From Mytilus californianus (taxonomy: Eukaryota), in assembly GCF_021869535.1 (NCBI RefSeq), contig NW_026262734.1, forward strand, positions 102,858,001 to 102,922,000: 64,000 nucleotides of DNA. Reading direction: 5' to 3'. Position 1 is the first letter of the stretch. Each line of letters opens with the position of its first letter. The translations under genes were made by a program, and so were the position numbers. Shown piece by piece: positions 63,891-64,000 of this stretch. The notes under the pieces are model-generated. The model worked only from the letters and a program-made list of their open reading frames with translations. It had not been told where the DNA came from and made no database searches.

Positions 63891-64000
63891 AGTTATCCTT
63901 TTTTTTTGGCTTTGTAAAGTATTACTTTTACAGTTTAGTCTTTTTGTAGTAATATCCATTCGACATGGCTCTGTACTTATCGGTTGATTTGTTTGAGCTT

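Overview
AT-rich, repeat-dense eukaryotic genomic DNA. The repeat families resemble those of bivalves, most likely Mytilus (inference). No ORF in the supplied track is an intact gene. Hidden on the minus strand are seven intact 72-nt exons (60672-60743, 59898-59969, 55800-55871, 48572-48643, 47511-47582, 31065-31136, 25650-25721). Each has AG/GTAAGT boundaries, phase-2 introns on both sides, and encodes exactly one 24-residue extracellular-type leucine-rich repeat. The array grew by tandem duplication of exon-plus-intron blocks and left decayed pseudo-exons behind. Paralogous exons differ mostly at the concave-face x positions of LxxLxLxxN. The first and last exons of this gene were not found. 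The introns and flanks are a transposon graveyard: a 12.9-kb CACTA/EnSpm-like element with decayed exon cargo, a Bel/Pao integrase remnant whose catalytic-Glu motif became a 54-bp minisatellite, a decayed full-length LINE, Naiad-type Penelope-like RT fragments, hammerhead-bearing retrozyme-like repeats, Helentron-type non-autonomous elements, SINEs, MITEs and two large inverted duplications. All alignments were done by eye, and repeat boundaries are approximate.
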